Assembly: GCF_003018235.1 (NCBI RefSeq)
Contig: NZ_CP027437.1
Origin: Escherichia coli
GTDB taxonomy: Bacteria > Pseudomonadota > Gammaproteobacteria > Enterobacterales > Enterobacteriaceae
DNA length: 64,000 nt
Reading direction: 5' to 3' (one strand)
Part shown: positions 57,380 to 64,000 of the stretch, piece after piece
How the letters are laid out: the number at the start of each line of letters is the position of its first letter
Position numbering within the stretch: the first letter of the stretch is position 1
Position numbers and translations under genes: made by a program
Notes under the pieces: generated by a model
The model's input: only the letters and a program-made list of their open reading frames with translations
The model's database searches: none
What the model was told of the DNA's origin: nothing

Positions 57380-58516
57380 ATGAGCCACTTAGACAACGGT
57401 TTCCGTTCACTGACACTACAACGTTTTCCGGCGACGGATGACGTTAACCCACTACAGGCGTGGGAAGCGGCGGATGAATATTTGCTGCAACAGTTGGACG
57501 ACACAGAAATCCGCGGCCCGGTGTTGATCCTGAATGATGCCTTTGGTGCGTTAAGTTGTGTGCTGGCGGAACATAAGCCATACAGCATTGGCGACTCATA
57601 CATCAGCGAACTGGCGACGCGCGAGAATTTACGCCTCAACGGGATTGATGAGTCGAGCGTGAAGTTTCTCGACAGCACCGCCGACTACCCGCAACAGCCG
57701 GGCGTGGTACTGATCAAAGTACCGAAAACACTGGCGTTGCTGGAACAACAACTGCGTGCGCTGCGCAAAGTGGTCACGCCGGATACACGTATTATTGCCG
57801 GTGCCAAAGCCCGTGACATCCACACTTCCACGCTGGAACTGTTCGAAAAAGTGCTCGGCCCGACCACCACCACGCTGGCATGGAAGAAGGCACGCTTAAT
57901 TAACTGTACTTTCAACGAGCCGCCGCTGGCCGATGCGCCGCAGACCGTTAGCTGGAAACTGGAAGGTACTGACTGGACTATCCACAACCATGCGAATGTC
58001 TTCTCCCGCACCGGGCTGGATATTGGCGCGCGCTTCTTTATGCAGCATCTGCCAGAGAATCTCGAAGGTGAGATTGTCGATCTCGGTTGTGGTAATGGCG
58101 TTATTGGTCTGACGCTGCTTGATAAAAACCCGCAGGCGAAAGTGGTGTTTGTCGATGAATCACCGATGGCGGTTGCTTCCAGCCGTTTGAACGTTGAAAC
58201 CAACATGCCCGAGGCATTGGATCGCTGCGAATTTATGATCAACAACGCGCTCTCCGGCGTTGAGCCTTTCCGCTTTAATGCTGTGCTCTGCAATCCGCCG
58301 TTTCATCAGCAACATGCGCTGACCGATAACGTCGCCTGGGAGATGTTCCACCACGCCCGCCGCTGTCTGAAAATCAACGGCGAGCTGTATATCGTTGCCA
58401 ACCGTCACCTGGATTACTTCCATAAACTGAAGAAGATTTTCGGCAACTGCACCACCATCGCCACGAATAATAAATTTGTGGTGCTGAAAGCGGTGAAGCT
58501 GGGGCGTCGTCGGTAA
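57380..58516 (+). CDS. rlmG: 23S rRNA m2G1835 methyltransferase RlmG
   Basis: 378-aa ORF with tandem methyltransferase domains; SAM motif VDLGCGNG. Confidence 0.9.
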   Translation: MSHLDNGFRSLTLQRFPATDDVNPLQAWEAADEYLLQQLDDTEIRGPVLILNDAFGALSCVLAEHKPYSIGDSYISELATRENLRLNGIDESSVKFLDSTADYPQQPGVVLIKVPKTLALLEQQLRALRKVVTPDTRIIAGAKARDIHTSTLELFEKVLGPTTTTLAWKKARLINCTFNEPPLADAPQTVSWKLEGTDWTIHNHANVFSRTGLDIGARFFMQHLPENLEGEIVDLGCGNGVIGLTLLDKNPQAKVVFVDESPMAVASSRLNVETNMPEALDRCEFMINNALSGVEPFRFNAVLCNPPFHQQHALTDNVAWEMFHHARRCLKINGELYIVANRHLDYFHKLKKIFGNCTTIATNNKFVVLKAVKLGRRR

Positions 58517-58529
58517 GATTGGCAGCTAC

Positions 58530-58620
58530 CTGCCAGATAAGGCGTAAACGCCTTATCTGGCATACGTTCAGCACGTTACCCCCAGGTCGGATAAGACGCG
58601 GCAAGCATCGCATCCGGCAC
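58530..58620. repeat. REP/BIME cluster between convergent rlmG and fadH
   Basis: TGCCAGATAAGGCGTAAACGCCTTATCTGGCA and GTCGGATAAGACGCGGCAAGCATCGCATCCGGCAC units fill the 117-bp gap. Confidence 0.5.
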
Positions 58621-58633
58621 TTCAATGCACGAT

Positions 58634-60679
<2,046 letters not shown>

Positions 60680-60780
60680 TTATGTGGTCGGATGAGTTCT
60701 AATTTAGCCGTCGCCAGAGAAAAGGGAAAAGGGGAGTGCGGGGTTTGTGATGGGATTCAAAAAGAATACGCCCGGTGGTA

Positions 60781-60870
<90 letters not shown>

Positions 60871-60877
60871 TTGCAAA

Positions 60878-64000
<3,123 letters not shown>

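Overview
This window reads as a chromosomal segment of Escherichia coli (or a very close relative), collinear in reverse orientation with the K-12 interval ygjJ to lpoA (b3079-b3147, recalled from memory, not searched). Gene order: lpoA (partial), rsmI, an accessory block (secreted MBL-fold hydrolase, frameshifted LysR regulator, agaB remnant, MalY-like C-S lyase, MalX-like PTS EIICB), kbaY-agaS, agaA-agaF-agaE-agaW-agaV-kbaZ, agaR, yhaV-prlF toxin-antitoxin, garD, garPLRK, rnpB (RNase P RNA), yhaCB, tdcR, tdcABCDEFG, cyuPA, yhaLKJIH, yqjGFKEDC, mzrA, yqjA, exuR, exuT, uxaCA, ygjV, sstT, alx with its leader riboswitch, ygjRQP, rlmG, fadH, ygjK, ygjJ (partial). No prophage, IS element, integrase or CRISPR array was seen. 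Most of the window is well-characterised core genome. The points worth a second look are: (1) a two-gene MalX/MalY-like module sitting between kbaY and a nonsense-truncated agaB remnant, with agaCDI and yraHIJK absent; (2) an intact agaVWEFA GalNAc pathway where K-12 carries a deletion; (3) a LysR pseudogene broken by two homopolymer frameshifts; (4) no higBA between rlmG and fadH; (5) an unexplained GC-rich element with nested inverted repeats between alx and sstT. All coordinates and start-codon choices come from reading the sequence and the ORF track; no database search was run.
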